DNA of 64,000 nucleotides from an uncultured Gemmatimonadales bacterium (GTDB lineage: Bacteria > Gemmatimonadota > Gemmatimonadetes > Longimicrobiales > Longimicrobiaceae), in contig OY970303.1 in the NCBI GenBank assembly GCA_963716255.1, positions 3,968,001 to 4,032,000 on the forward strand, read 5' to 3'. Positions 18,257 through 27,496 of this stretch are shown piece after piece. The translations under genes and the position numbers were made by a program. Every line of letters begins with the position of its first letter. Position 1 is the stretch's first letter. The notes under the pieces are model-generated. The model did no database searches. It was not told the origin of the DNA and saw only the letters and a list, made by a program, of their open reading frames with translations.

Positions 18257-19864
18257 CTACTCCATGTCCACCTGGCGCACGTCGAGCACCTCCGCGAGCG
18301 AGCCCAGCCGCTCCAGCACCTCGGTGGGGACGCGGCCGTCCACCGAGATGGCGGCCAGCGCCTCGCCGCCGGCCTGGAGTCGCGCCTGGTGGTACTCGGC
18401 GATGTTCACCCCGGCCTCGCCCAGCACGGTCCCCACACGCCCGATGACGCCGGGGACGTCGTGGTTGCGGAGCACCACCATGGTTCCACGCGGCGCCACG
18501 TCCACGCGGAAGGCGCCGATGCGGGTGATGCGGCCGTGCGCTTCGCCCAGGAGCGCCCCGCCCACGCGGACGCTGCGGTCGCCGCCGTCCAGGCGCAGCT
18601 CCACCTCGTCGCCCAGCTCGCCGCGGCCGGCCACCTGCGCCCACGCCGTCTCGATCCCGCGCTCGGTGGCCACGTGGTGCACGTTCACCAGGTTGATGGC
18701 GCGCCGGTCGATGACGTCGCGCAGCGCGCCCTGGAGCGCGGCCAGGAGGAGGGCGCGTGGCGCTTCCTCGCGGGGGCCGGAGTAGCGCAGCTCCACCCCG
18801 CTGAGCCCCGCCGGGAGGAGGCAGCGCCCCAGCCGCCCCAGGCGCTCGGTGAGCGCCATGAGCGGGCGCAGCTCGGCCCACCCGGCGCCGCCCACGCCGG
18901 CGGCGTTCAGCGCGCCGCTCAGGTCGCCACTCACCAGGGCGTCGCGCACCGCGGCGCATGCCTCGATGGACACGCTGCGCTGCGCGTCGCTGGTGGAGGC
19001 GCCCAGGTGCGGGGTGAGCAGGACGCCGGGGAGCGTGCGCAGCGGGTGGTCCGGGGCCAGCGGCTCGCGCGCGAACACGTCCAGCGCCGCCCCCCCGATG
19101 CGCCCGGCGCGCACCGCGTCCACCAGCGCGTCCTCGGCCACGATCCCGCCGCGCGCCAGGTTGAGCACCAGGGCACGGGACCCCAGGCGCGACAGCTCCG
19201 GCGCGCCGATCATCCCCCGCGTCTCGTCGGTGAGGGGAACGTGCAGGGTGAGGACGTCGGCCCGGTCGAGCGCTTCCGCCAGGCGCGCTACCCGCTCCAC
19301 CCCCAGCTCCTCGAAGCGCGCGGCGGACACGTACGGGTCGTACGCGATGAGGGCCATCCCGAAGGCGCGGGCGCGGCGCGCCACCTCGCCGCCGATGCGC
19401 CCCAGCCCGACGATGGCGAGGGTGCGTCCGCGCAGCTCGGTGCCCCCCAGCAGCGAGCGGTCCCAGCGGCCGGCCCGCATGGAGGAGTCCGCCTCGCCCA
19501 GGTGGCGCACCAGCGAGATCAGCACGCCGAAGAACAGCTCCGCCACCGACACGGTGTTGCCGCCCGGGGCGTTGATCACCGCGATCCCCAGCTCGGTGGC
19601 ACGCTCCAGGTCGATGTTGTCCACGCCCACCCCCGCGCGGCCGATCACCCGCAGGCGCTCGCCGCGCTCCAGCAGCTCGCCGGTGATCCGCGTGGCGCTG
19701 CGGCCGATCAGGGCGTCGTAGCCGGCGATCTCCTCCAGCAGCTCGGCGGGAGGGAGCGTGGGGCGCTCCACCACCTCGATCCGCGGGCTTCCCCGCAGCA
19801 GCGCGATCCCCTCGGGGTCCACCTCGTCCGTCACCATCACCCGGAAGCGTCCGTCCGCCGTCAT
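18257..19864 (-). CDS. serA: D-3-phosphoglycerate dehydrogenase with ASB and ACT domains
   Basis: GRAGVGVDNID, GLGRIG, LHVPLT, NLARGG, TPHLGAST, NHDVPGVIG. Confidence 0.95.
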   Translation of the reverse strand: MTADGRFRVMVTDEVDPEGIALLRGSPRIEVVERPTLPPAELLEEIAGYDALIGRSATRITGELLERGERLRVIGRAGVGVDNIDLERATELGIAVINAPGGNTVSVAELFFGVLISLVRHLGEADSSMRAGRWDRSLLGGTELRGRTLAIVGLGRIGGEVARRARAFGMALIAYDPYVSAARFEELGVERVARLAEALDRADVLTLHVPLTDETRGMIGAPELSRLGSRALVLNLARGGIVAEDALVDAVRAGRIGGAALDVFAREPLAPDHPLRTLPGVLLTPHLGASTSDAQRSVSIEACAAVRDALVSGDLSGALNAAGVGGAGWAELRPLMALTERLGRLGRCLLPAGLSGVELRYSGPREEAPRALLLAALQGALRDVIDRRAINLVNVHHVATERGIETAWAQVAGRGELGDEVELRLDGGDRSVRVGGALLGEAHGRITRIGAFRVDVAPRGTMVVLRNHDVPGVIGRVGTVLGEAGVNIAEYHQARLQAGGEALAAISVDGRVPTEVLERLGSLAEVLDVRQVDME

Positions 19865-20967
19865 CCCAGCACCTCCTCCAGCTCCGCGAGCAGCGTGTTC
19901 AGCTCCTCGACCGTGTGGTCCCCCATGTGCCCGATCCGGAACGTCGCGTCCCGGAGCCTGCCGTATCCCGGCGCGATCGTCCAGCCGCGCTCCTCCAGCG
20001 CCGCGGCCACCTGCGTCCCCTTCCGCTCCGGCGGGAGGACGACGGCCGTGTTGGTGGGCGAGCGGAATCCCTCCGGGGCCAGCACCGAGAGCCCCCACCG
20101 CGCGCCCTCCGCGGCGACCCACTCCCAGCAGCGCTCCGCCATGGCGCGGTGCCGCGCGACGCGGGCCCCGATCCCCTCCGCCTCGATGCGGCGCACCTGC
20201 TCCACCAGCGCGTACACCAGGCTGACGGCGGGGGTGTTGGGCGTCTGGTGCTTGGCCCACGCGCGGTCGAACTCTACCAGGTCGAAGTACTGCCCGCGCC
20301 CGGGGAGGGTCGCCGCGCGCTCCAGGAAGCGCGGGACCACGGTGGCGAAGGCGAGCCCCGGGGGGAGCGCCAGCGCCTTCTGCGAGCCGGTGAGGAGCAG
20401 GTCCAGCCCCCATGCCTCGGCCTCCACCTCGGCCCCGCCCACGCTGGTCACGCCGTCCACCAGCAGCAGGATCTCCTCGCCGGCCTCGCGCTCGGCGGCG
20501 CGCACGGCGTCGGCGATCTCGCGGAGCGGCTGGAGCACGCCGGTGGAGGTCTCGGAGTGCACCACCGTCACCGCGTCGAAGCCGCCCGCGCGAAGGCGGC
20601 GGAACACCTCCTCCGGGTCGTGCGCGGCGCCCCACTCGGCGTCGTACGTGGCCACCTCGCGGCCGCACTCGCTCACCAGGTCGCGGAAGCGCCCGCTGAA
20701 GGCGCCGTTCACCAGCGCCAGCGCGCGGCGGCGGACGCCGCAGCGCACCGCGGCCTCCATCAGCCCGGTGGCGGAGGAGGAGGACACGTACACCGGGCGC
20801 GAGGTGCGGAACACCGCCCGCAGCGGCGCGTCCACCTGGCGCAGCAGCGCGGTCATTTCCGGCCCGCGGTGCCCGATGACCGGGCGCGTCATGGCCCGGA
20901 GCACATCGGGGTGCACCTCGGTGGGGCCGGTGAGGAAGAAGCGGCCGAACGGCGCGGGATCGGTCAT
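19861..20967 (-). CDS. Class V PLP aminotransferase (AGXT/serine-pyruvate type), probable phosphoserine aminotransferase
   Basis: GPTEV, HRG, VHSETSTG, VDGVTS, GSQKAL, FRIGHMG; sits between serB and serA with ATGA overlaps. Confidence 0.88.
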   Translation of the reverse strand: MTDPAPFGRFFLTGPTEVHPDVLRAMTRPVIGHRGPEMTALLRQVDAPLRAVFRTSRPVYVSSSSATGLMEAAVRCGVRRRALALVNGAFSGRFRDLVSECGREVATYDAEWGAAHDPEEVFRRLRAGGFDAVTVVHSETSTGVLQPLREIADAVRAAEREAGEEILLLVDGVTSVGGAEVEAEAWGLDLLLTGSQKALALPPGLAFATVVPRFLERAATLPGRGQYFDLVEFDRAWAKHQTPNTPAVSLVYALVEQVRRIEAEGIGARVARHRAMAERCWEWVAAEGARWGLSVLAPEGFRSPTNTAVVLPPERKGTQVAAALEERGWTIAPGYGRLRDATFRIGHMGDHTVEELNTLLAELEEVLG

Positions 20968-21734
20968 CTGGGCCCGGGATCGGTCCGTGTCGAGACGTCG
21001 CGGGCGAGGAGCTCGTCGCCGCGGCGGAGCAGGCCGGCCCACGCCGAGCCGGCCAGGCGGGCCCGGTCCTCCGGGCCGGCGGCGAGCGCCAGCACCGGGG
21101 CCAGGCTGGGGTCGCGCAGCACCACGTCGGCGCCCGCGGCCACCTGGGGGCGGAAGGCCACGCCCATGTACGCGGCGAAGGCGTCCACGGCGGGGCGGGC
21201 CTCCAGGTCGGTGGCGCCGTCGCCCACCATCAGGGCGGGGCGGGGGAGCGCCCAGGCGCGCAGCACGGCCTCCTTGCCCCCGCTCCGCGCCAGCGGCGAG
21301 TGGCTCTCGAAGCCGCGGTACGCGCCGTCGTCCGCGAAGTCCACGCCCACCGCGGCCACGGCCTCCGGGCCGATCCCCAGCTCCCGCGCCAGCGTCTCCA
21401 CCGGCGGGCGCAGGCCGCCGGAAAGCACGCGCACGTCCTTGCCCAGGAAGAGAAGGGCGGCCACCGTCTCACGCGCGTCGGGCACCAGCCCGGCCACGTA
21501 GGCGCGCGCCAGCGCCTCCACCCGCTCGCGCGAGGGGCGGATCAGCTCCAACCGCCGGCCGTACACCTCCTCCAGGGGGACGAGGCCCTGCATGGCCTCC
21601 TCGGTCATGGCGCGGATGGCCCCGGCGTGCTCCCCCGCCAGGTCGTCGATCCCCTCGATGGCGGCGAGGGTGGAGTCGCAGTCGAACACCACCGCCGCGA
21701 AGCCCTGCCGGGCCCCCTGGAGATCAGCCTTCAC
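20964..21734 (-). CDS. serB: HAD-family phosphoserine phosphatase
   Basis: FDCDSTL..EGIDDLA, LSGG, GK, VGDGATD. Confidence 0.88.
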   Translation of the reverse strand: MKADLQGARQGFAAVVFDCDSTLAAIEGIDDLAGEHAGAIRAMTEEAMQGLVPLEEVYGRRLELIRPSRERVEALARAYVAGLVPDARETVAALLFLGKDVRVLSGGLRPPVETLARELGIGPEAVAAVGVDFADDGAYRGFESHSPLARSGGKEAVLRAWALPRPALMVGDGATDLEARPAVDAFAAYMGVAFRPQVAAGADVVLRDPSLAPVLALAAGPEDRARLAGSAWAGLLRRGDELLARDVSTRTDPGPR

Positions 21735-23091
21735 GCGCGATCCCGGCCGGCAGGGTGAGCGTGAAGACGGAGCCCTCGCCGGGCGCCGAGCGCACGGTGA
21801 TGTTGCCGCCCAGCTGGCGCGCCATGGCGCGCGACAGGGCCAGCCCCAGCCCGGTCCCGCCGTAGCGGCGCGTGGCGGAGCCGTCGACCTGCCGGAACTC
21901 GTCGAAGATGCGCTCGTGCTCCTCCGGCGCGATCCCGATGCCGGTGTCCTCCACCTCCCACGACACGAAGCCCCGCTCCTCCGGCGCCGCGCCCGCGCTC
22001 TCCGGCCGCGGCCCGATGTCCACCCGCCGCACCCGCATGGCCACCGTCCCCTCGGGGGTGAACTTGACGGCGTTGGACAGCAGGTTGCGGAGGATGCGTA
22101 CGGAGTGGCCCGGGTCGGTGTGCACGGGGACCGGCTCCCGCGGGAACTCGGTGTGCACCTCCAGGTGCGGCGCGGGGGACAGGGTGGTGATGGCGGCGCG
22201 CGCCAGCGCCACGGCGTCGCAGCGCTCCGGCTCGGCGGGGGTGCGGCCCAGCTTGAGGTGGGTGAGGTCGAGCAGGTCGTTGATCAGCCCCATCAGCGCC
22301 GTCCCCGCCGCCTCGATCTTTTCCACCGCGGTGCCCTGCTCGCCGCTCAGCTCGCCGGAAAGGCCCTCGCGCAGCAGGTAGGTGTAGCCCAGGATGGCGG
22401 TGAGCGGGGTGCGCAGCTCGTGCGACACGTTGGCCAGGAACTCGCCCTTGAGGCGGCGCGCCTCCTCGGCCTCGTGGTAGCGCGCCTCCAGCTCCACGTT
22501 CTGCTCGCGGAGGCGGGCGTTGGCGCGCTGCAGGTCCTCGATCAGGTGCGCCTTCTCGGAGGTGGCCGAGAGCTGGTCGGCCACCAGGCGCAGCAGGCTG
22601 CGGTCGGCCTCGCACAGCCCGTCGCGGCCGCGGAAGTAGAAGGTGATGGCGCCCACCGTGCGCCCCCGGCAGGTGAGCGGGAGGGCGACGGACGAGGAAA
22701 AGTCCAGCTCCCGCGCCGAGTCCCACCAGTCTTCCAGCGCCGGGTCGGCGTACAGGTCGAACACCTCCACGATGCGGTTCTCTGCCACCGCCTGCCCCGT
22801 GGGGCCGTTGCCGACCCGAACGCGCATCTGGCTCAGGTAGCCGGCGTACGCCCGCGGCCAGTTGTACGCGGCCACCACCCGGAGGAGCGCGCCGTCTGCC
22901 TCTTCCTCCTGCAGGAACACGCACCCGAAGGCGGCTCCCACCAGCACGGCCACGCGCTCCAGCGCCAGCCGGTACACCTCCGTGGGGCGGTCCGCGGTGA
23001 GGAACGCGTGGGCGATCTCACGGGCCGCCTGCAGCTCGCGGACGGCCAGCGAATCGGCAGCGGAAGAGGGGAGAAAAGTCGCTTGGTCCAA
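21724..23091 (-). CDS. Soluble GAF-domain sensor histidine kinase
   Basis: GAF region, FLANVSHELRTPL, NLLSNAVKFT, DTGIGI, F.QVD, GTGLGL; TTG start uncertain. Confidence 0.92.
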   Translation of the reverse strand: MDQATFLPSSAADSLAVRELQAAREIAHAFLTADRPTEVYRLALERVAVLVGAAFGCVFLQEEEADGALLRVVAAYNWPRAYAGYLSQMRVRVGNGPTGQAVAENRIVEVFDLYADPALEDWWDSARELDFSSSVALPLTCRGRTVGAITFYFRGRDGLCEADRSLLRLVADQLSATSEKAHLIEDLQRANARLREQNVELEARYHEAEEARRLKGEFLANVSHELRTPLTAILGYTYLLREGLSGELSGEQGTAVEKIEAAGTALMGLINDLLDLTHLKLGRTPAEPERCDAVALARAAITTLSPAPHLEVHTEFPREPVPVHTDPGHSVRILRNLLSNAVKFTPEGTVAMRVRRVDIGPRPESAGAAPEERGFVSWEVEDTGIGIAPEEHERIFDEFRQVDGSATRRYGGTGLGLALSRAMARQLGGNITVRSAPGEGSVFTLTLPAGIAREG

Positions 23092-23102
23092 GGGTTTCTC
23101 TC

Positions 23103-23131
23103 TTGACGGATCGAAAGGCGGCGCCTAACGT
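23103..23131 (+). promoter_or_regulatory. Sigma70-type promoter of HU
   Basis: TTGACG-17 nt-TAACGT. Confidence 0.6.
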
Positions 23132-23195
23132 ACCAGGGAACGGCGCGACCGTTAGGGCTTTCCGTGTACTTCAACCCCTTTTCAGGAGTCGCTCG

Positions 23196-23483
23196 GTGAA
23201 CAAGTCCGAGATCGTCCAGCAGCTGGCCAGCCGGGCCAACATCAGCCGCGCCGACGCCCAGCGGGCCGTCGATGCGCTTTTCGCAGTGGACACGGGCATC
23301 ATCTCGCAGGCACTGAAGAGCGGGGACAAGGTCCAGATCACCGGGTTCGGCAGCTTCGAGACCAAGCGCCGCGAGGCGCGCAAGGGCCGCAACCCGCGCA
23401 CCGGCAAGGAGATCGACATCGCCGCCTCCACCAGCGCCGCGTTCCGTCCCGGGAAGGGGCTGAAGGATTCCATCGGCGCCTGA
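23196..23483 (+). CDS. hup: HU DNA-binding protein
   Basis: NKSEIV, GFGSF, ARKGRNPRTG, F.PGKGLKD; AGGAG RBS before GTG. Confidence 0.95.
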   Translation: MNKSEIVQQLASRANISRADAQRAVDALFAVDTGIISQALKSGDKVQITGFGSFETKRREARKGRNPRTGKEIDIAASTSAAFRPGKGLKDSIGA

Positions 23484-23508
23484 CGATCCGGCGCTCCCGA
23501 GCAGCACC

Positions 23509-23539
23509 GAGAGCCACGGCCCCACGAGCCGTGGCTCTC
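23509..23539 (+). terminator. Hairpin after HU
   Basis: GAGAGCCACGGC...GCCGTGGCTCTC. Confidence 0.55.
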
Positions 23540-23558
23540 TCGCGTTTTCGCCCCGTCC

Positions 23559-24047
23559 ATGTCCCGCAGGAAGCGACGCACTCCCGGAACCCGCTCGCTC
23601 CCGCGGGAAGCGTGGGGCGAGGTCCACCCCACGCTCGACCTGCACGGGCACACGGCCGACGAGGCGGTGCGGCGCGCCGAGGCGTGGCTGCGGGCGCTGC
23701 AGCGCGACGGCGTGCGCACGGTGCGGGTGGTCACCGGGCGCGGGACGCGCTCGGCGGGGCCGCCGGTGCTGCGGGGGGAGGTGGGGGCGATGCTGGAGGC
23801 ACTTCGCGGCTCGCTGGTGTCGTACTTCACCCTGGACTCCGGGGGCGGAGCGTTCCGCGTGGAGCTGGAGAGGGCCGTGCGTCCCCGTCCGCTCCGCAAA
23901 GCCTCCTCCGCCGTGCTGCGACGAACCGCTCCCGACCTCCTCAGGCGCGCCGAGGAGGCGCTCTGGGAGCTGGGGGTGGATCCCACGCCCGAGCTGCTGG
24001 AGGCGGAGATCCGGCGGATCCGGCTGGAAGCGGGCGAGACGCCGTAG
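23559..24047 (+). CDS. Smr/MutS2 C-terminal domain protein
   Basis: LDLHG, VVTGRG..S, GGGAF.V. Confidence 0.88.
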   Translation: MSRRKRRTPGTRSLPREAWGEVHPTLDLHGHTADEAVRRAEAWLRALQRDGVRTVRVVTGRGTRSAGPPVLRGEVGAMLEALRGSLVSYFTLDSGGGAFRVELERAVRPRPLRKASSAVLRRTAPDLLRRAEEALWELGVDPTPELLEAEIRRIRLEAGETP

Positions 24048-24060
24048 TGTAGCTGAAAAA

Positions 24061-24095
24061 GCGGGGAGCGCGCAAGCCGTTTGCGCGCTCCCCGC
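24061..24095. terminator. Bidirectional terminator hairpin
   Basis: GCGGGGAGCGCGCAA...TTGCGCGCTCCCCGC between convergent genes, with an A-run on the left. Confidence 0.7.
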
Positions 24096-24119
24096 CTCGT
24101 CTTTCCCGCTCCTGGCCCG

Positions 24120-25871
24120 TCAGTCGCGCTGCTGCGGCGGCCGGCGGACCATCCGGCGCGCCCCGGCGCCCCCGGGTCCGCCCGGTCCGCGCGCACCCCC
24201 GCCGCCCGCGCCCCGCGGCCCGCCGGGCTTGCGCGCCCGGTCGCCGGCGCGGTCGTAGTCCACCCGCACGCTGCGCCCCTTGATGGTGGTGCCGTTGACG
24301 GCGCGGATCACCTTCTCGGCGGCGTCGGCCTGCACCTCCACGATGGAGAAGGTGTCGCGGATCTCGATGCGCCCCACCGCGGAGCCGGGGATGTTGGCCT
24401 CCCCCGCGATGGCGCCCACCAGGTCGCCCGGGCGGATCCCGTCGCGCGAGCCCACGCCCACGTACAGCCGCGCAATGGCGGAGGGCGCGGGGCCGGTGGG
24501 CGCGTCGGTGGCCGGCGTCCGCATGGCCGCCTCGGCGCGGGGCGCGGGGGGCTGCGCGGGGCCTGCCGGGGCCGGGCCCCGCCGGCGCAGAAGCGCGGCC
24601 GCGGCCGCGGCCACCTCCACGGCGCTGAACTCCTCGAACAGCGGCTCCAGCACCAGCATCTGCGCGGCCAGGTCGTCCTCGCGAAGGGCGCGGCGCAGCT
24701 CGCGGCGGAAGGCGGCCAGCTCGGAGGCGGTGGCCGCCGGCGCCTCGGGGAGCCCCATGGGGACGGGGCGCAGCCGGGCGCGCCGGGCGATCTCCCGCAG
24801 GTGCGCCATCTCCCGCGGCTCCAGGAACACCAGCGCCGCGGCGTCGCCGCCGTGCCGCGCCGCCAGCGACCGCTCGTCGCCGGGGACGTCGTAGCTGATG
24901 GTGCGCCCCGGCGGGACGGCGGCGTCGGAGGTCAGCTCCTCGCGGGTGGTGCCTGCGGTCACCACGGCCACGTCGGCGTCCTCGTCGTCGGCCTCGCCCA
25001 CCAGGAAGCCGCGCAGGGTGAGCGCCTCGGCTACCTCGGCGGCGCGCTCGTCGGTGCGGCAGAAGAGGATGGGGGGCGCGCCGCCCTCGCGCCGCTCGGC
25101 CAGGAGGCGGGCCAGGGTGTCGGTCTTGCGGCCCTCGGGCACCAGCCCGTAGGCCACGCTCCCCTGCAGCGCCGGCTGCTCGGCGTCGGGGATGGCGGGC
25201 TCGGCGGGGTAGCGGAGCGCGCGCTTGACGCGGCGGTCCACCAGGTCCTCCACCTCGGCCGGGAAGACGCCGGAGAGCACCACCCGCTGCGCCTCGCGCG
25301 GGATGTGGTCCATCAGCGTCTCCACCGACTCCCACCCGCCCAGCTCGCGGATCTCGGCGGCGCCGTCCAGCACCACGGCCTCCAGCTCGTCCAGCTTGAG
25401 CTCGGAGGCGCGCACCCCGTCCATGACGTCGGCGGGGGCGCCCACCAGCACCTCGGCGAGCGACGCGGCGGTCCCCCAGCTCCCCCCGGCGACGGTGACG
25501 CCCAGCTCCACCGAGGCGGCGTAGGGGACCAGCGTCAGCGCGACGCGCTCCGCGGCCTCGGCGGTGGGGACCAGCACCAGCATGCGGGTGCCGCGCGCCG
25601 GGGCCTCCGTCTCGGCGGCCTCCTCCTCCTCGTCTCCCTCCTCGTCCGCGGCATCCGCGGCCTCCGGCGCGCGGGGGCGGAGGCGGTCCAGGACGCCCAG
25701 CGCGTACGCCAGCGTCTTGCCGGAGCCCGATCCGGCCCGCGCCACCAGGTTCCCTTCGCGCCGGAGCACCGGGATCACGGCCTCCTGGAGCGCCGTGGGG
25801 ATCTCGATGTCCTCGTCCTCGAGGGCGGCGAGAAGGGGTTCGCGGAGTCCGAAGTCTTCGAACGAGGCCAT
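24120..25871 (-). CDS. DEAD-box-like protein with degenerate motifs and a C-terminal DbpA-type RNA-binding domain
   Basis: SFEDFGL, PTALQ..IP, GSGKT, VLVPT; DEAD replaced by DGAA; LYVGVGSRDGIRPGDLVGAIAGE DbpA domain. Confidence 0.85.
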   Translation of the reverse strand: MASFEDFGLREPLLAALEDEDIEIPTALQEAVIPVLRREGNLVARAGSGSGKTLAYALGVLDRLRPRAPEAADAADEEGDEEEEAAETEAPARGTRMLVLVPTAEAAERVALTLVPYAASVELGVTVAGGSWGTAASLAEVLVGAPADVMDGVRASELKLDELEAVVLDGAAEIRELGGWESVETLMDHIPREAQRVVLSGVFPAEVEDLVDRRVKRALRYPAEPAIPDAEQPALQGSVAYGLVPEGRKTDTLARLLAERREGGAPPILFCRTDERAAEVAEALTLRGFLVGEADDEDADVAVVTAGTTREELTSDAAVPPGRTISYDVPGDERSLAARHGGDAAALVFLEPREMAHLREIARRARLRPVPMGLPEAPAATASELAAFRRELRRALREDDLAAQMLVLEPLFEEFSAVEVAAAAAALLRRRGPAPAGPAQPPAPRAEAAMRTPATDAPTGPAPSAIARLYVGVGSRDGIRPGDLVGAIAGEANIPGSAVGRIEIRDTFSIVEVQADAAEKVIRAVNGTTIKGRSVRVDYDRAGDRARKPGGPRGAGGGGARGPGGPGGAGARRMVRRPPQQRD

Positions 25872-25980
25872 GTATTCCGTCCGTGTGTCTGTGCCGTGCC
25901 GTCTTTCCGGAGAGGCGCCAATATACGCGCTCGCAATTCTTTTGCCCATAAGCTGATTGAACTGCTGGAACTGCGGGGTT

Positions 25981-26109
25981 GGGCGTGCCCCCGGCTGGCG
26001 CCGGGGTCGGGCTTCGGCTCCGTAGGCGAGCAGACAACGCTCGCCAACGGAGTCGAGCCCCCGCAAACTGCCGCGGGGTCTCGCCCCTTCGGGCCGAAAT
26101 CCCTCACGC
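25981..26109 (-). repeat. Structured repeat family B, copy 1
   Basis: Reverse complement of GCGTGAGGGATTTCGGCCCGAAGGGGCGAGA...GCCCGACCCCGGCGCCAGCCGGGGGCACGCCC. Confidence 0.92.
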
Positions 26110-26133
26110 GGCATCGCGCTGGCGTCCGCCGGA

Positions 26134-26176
26134 GCCCCCTCCCCCCGGCCCCCTCCCCCGCAAGCGGGAGAGGGGG
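26134..26176 (-). repeat. REP-like palindrome
   Basis: Reverse complement of CCCCCTCTCCCGCTTGCGGGGGAGGGGGCCGGGGGGAGGGGGC. Confidence 0.8.
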
Positions 26177-26194
26177 AGCACTGCACCGGCTCGC

Positions 26195-26223
26195 TTGACG
26201 CTCTCCGGGGGCGCGGCTATGCT
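26195..26223 (+). promoter_or_regulatory. Sigma70-type promoter of the CoA transferase
   Basis: TTGACG-17 nt-TATGCT. Confidence 0.7.
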
Positions 26224-26259
26224 GGCGGCCCGTCGTCCAACCCCTTTCCCCGCGTCGTC

Positions 26260-27495
26260 ATGTCGAGCGATTCTCCCGCCGCGTCCGCCGGACCCCTCGC
26301 CGGCCTGCGCGTCCTGGACCTGGGGCGCGTGCTGGCAGCCCCGCTCTGCACCATGATGCTGGGCGACCTGGGGGCGGAGGTGATCAAGGTGGAGCGCCCC
26401 GGCGAGGGCGACGACACACGCACCTGGGGCCCACCCTGGGCGGAGGGGCCGGAGGGGCGGGAGAGCGCGTACTACCTGTGCGCCAACCGCAACAAGCGCT
26501 CGGTGGCGGCGGACCTGAAGACGGAGGCCGGCCGCGCGCTGGTGCGGTGCCTGGCGCTCGAAGCGGACGTGCTGATCGAGAACTTCCTGCCCGGCACGAT
26601 GGAGCGCTGGGGGCTGGGCTACGAGCGCCTGGCGAGCGACAATCCCGGCCTGGTGTTCTGCTCGGTGACGGGCTACGGGCTGGAGGGGCCGGAGGCGGGG
26701 CGCCCCGGCTACGACTTCGCGGTGCAGGCGCGCGCCGGGTGGCTGGCGGTGACCGGCGAGCCGGGGGGGGAGCCCATGAAGGCGGGGATGGCGCTCGCCG
26801 ACGTGCTCACCGGCCACAGCGCGGCGGTGGCGATCCTGGCCGCGCTGCGCGAGCGGGACCGCTCCGGCCGCGGCCAGCACGTGGAGGTGGCGCTCTTCGA
26901 CGCGGCGCTGGCGGGGCTGGTGAACGTGGGCCAGGCCGCGCTGGTGACCGGCCGCGAGCCGCGCCGCTGGGGCAACGCCCACGCGACCATCGTCCCGTAC
27001 CAGGCCTTTCACGCGGCGGACCGCCCGTTCGTCCTCGCCGTGGGCAACGACCCGCAGTGGCGGCGTTGCTGCGCGGCCCTGGGGCTGGACGCGCTGGCGG
27101 ACGATCCCCGCTTCGCGACCAACCCGGCGCGCGTGGAGCACCGCGATGTCCTGGTGGCGACGCTGGAGCAGCGGCTGCGGGAGCGCCCCGCGGCGGAGTG
27201 GCTGGACGCCCTGGAGGCTGCGGGCGTCCCCTGCGCGCCGGTGCAGCCGGTGCGCGACGCGCTGCACGACCCCGCCTTCACGGAGCGCGGCGGCCTGTGG
27301 GAGATGGAGGGGCCCACCTTCGGGCGGACGGCGAGCGTGGGCTCGCCCATGCGCTTCTCGCGCACCCCCGCCGGGCTGCGCCGCCCGCCACCCGCCCTGG
27401 GCGAGCACACCGCCGAGGTGGAGCGGGACGGCTGGGGGCGAGCCACCCCCGCTCCGGCGGCTGGGCGGCCGGATCACACCGCGGGGCGGGCGTGA
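26260..27495 (+). CDS. CaiB/BaiF family III CoA transferase
   Basis: PLAGLRVLDL.RVLA.P, LGDLGAEVIKVE.P..GD, NRNKRS, ENF.PG, GYD. Confidence 0.93.
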   Translation: MSSDSPAASAGPLAGLRVLDLGRVLAAPLCTMMLGDLGAEVIKVERPGEGDDTRTWGPPWAEGPEGRESAYYLCANRNKRSVAADLKTEAGRALVRCLALEADVLIENFLPGTMERWGLGYERLASDNPGLVFCSVTGYGLEGPEAGRPGYDFAVQARAGWLAVTGEPGGEPMKAGMALADVLTGHSAAVAILAALRERDRSGRGQHVEVALFDAALAGLVNVGQAALVTGREPRRWGNAHATIVPYQAFHAADRPFVLAVGNDPQWRRCCAALGLDALADDPRFATNPARVEHRDVLVATLEQRLRERPAAEWLDALEAAGVPCAPVQPVRDALHDPAFTERGGLWEMEGPTFGRTASVGSPMRFSRTPAGLRRPPPALGEHTAEVERDGWGRATPAPAAGRPDHTAGRA

Positions 27496-27496
27496 T

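Noticed and set aside
18188..21865. Very long antisense or off-frame ORFs (also 34970-38149, 47522-50443, 54107-57358, 15765-18785)
   Set aside because: Shadow ORFs of real genes in GC-rich DNA; Arg/Pro/Ala/Gly-rich with no motifs.
25872..26186. N-terminal extensions of the helicase-like, pyk and lipid kinase ORFs in the ORF track
   Set aside because: They are read through family B repeats or upstream genes; the recognisable proteins start at 25871, 51634 and 56681.
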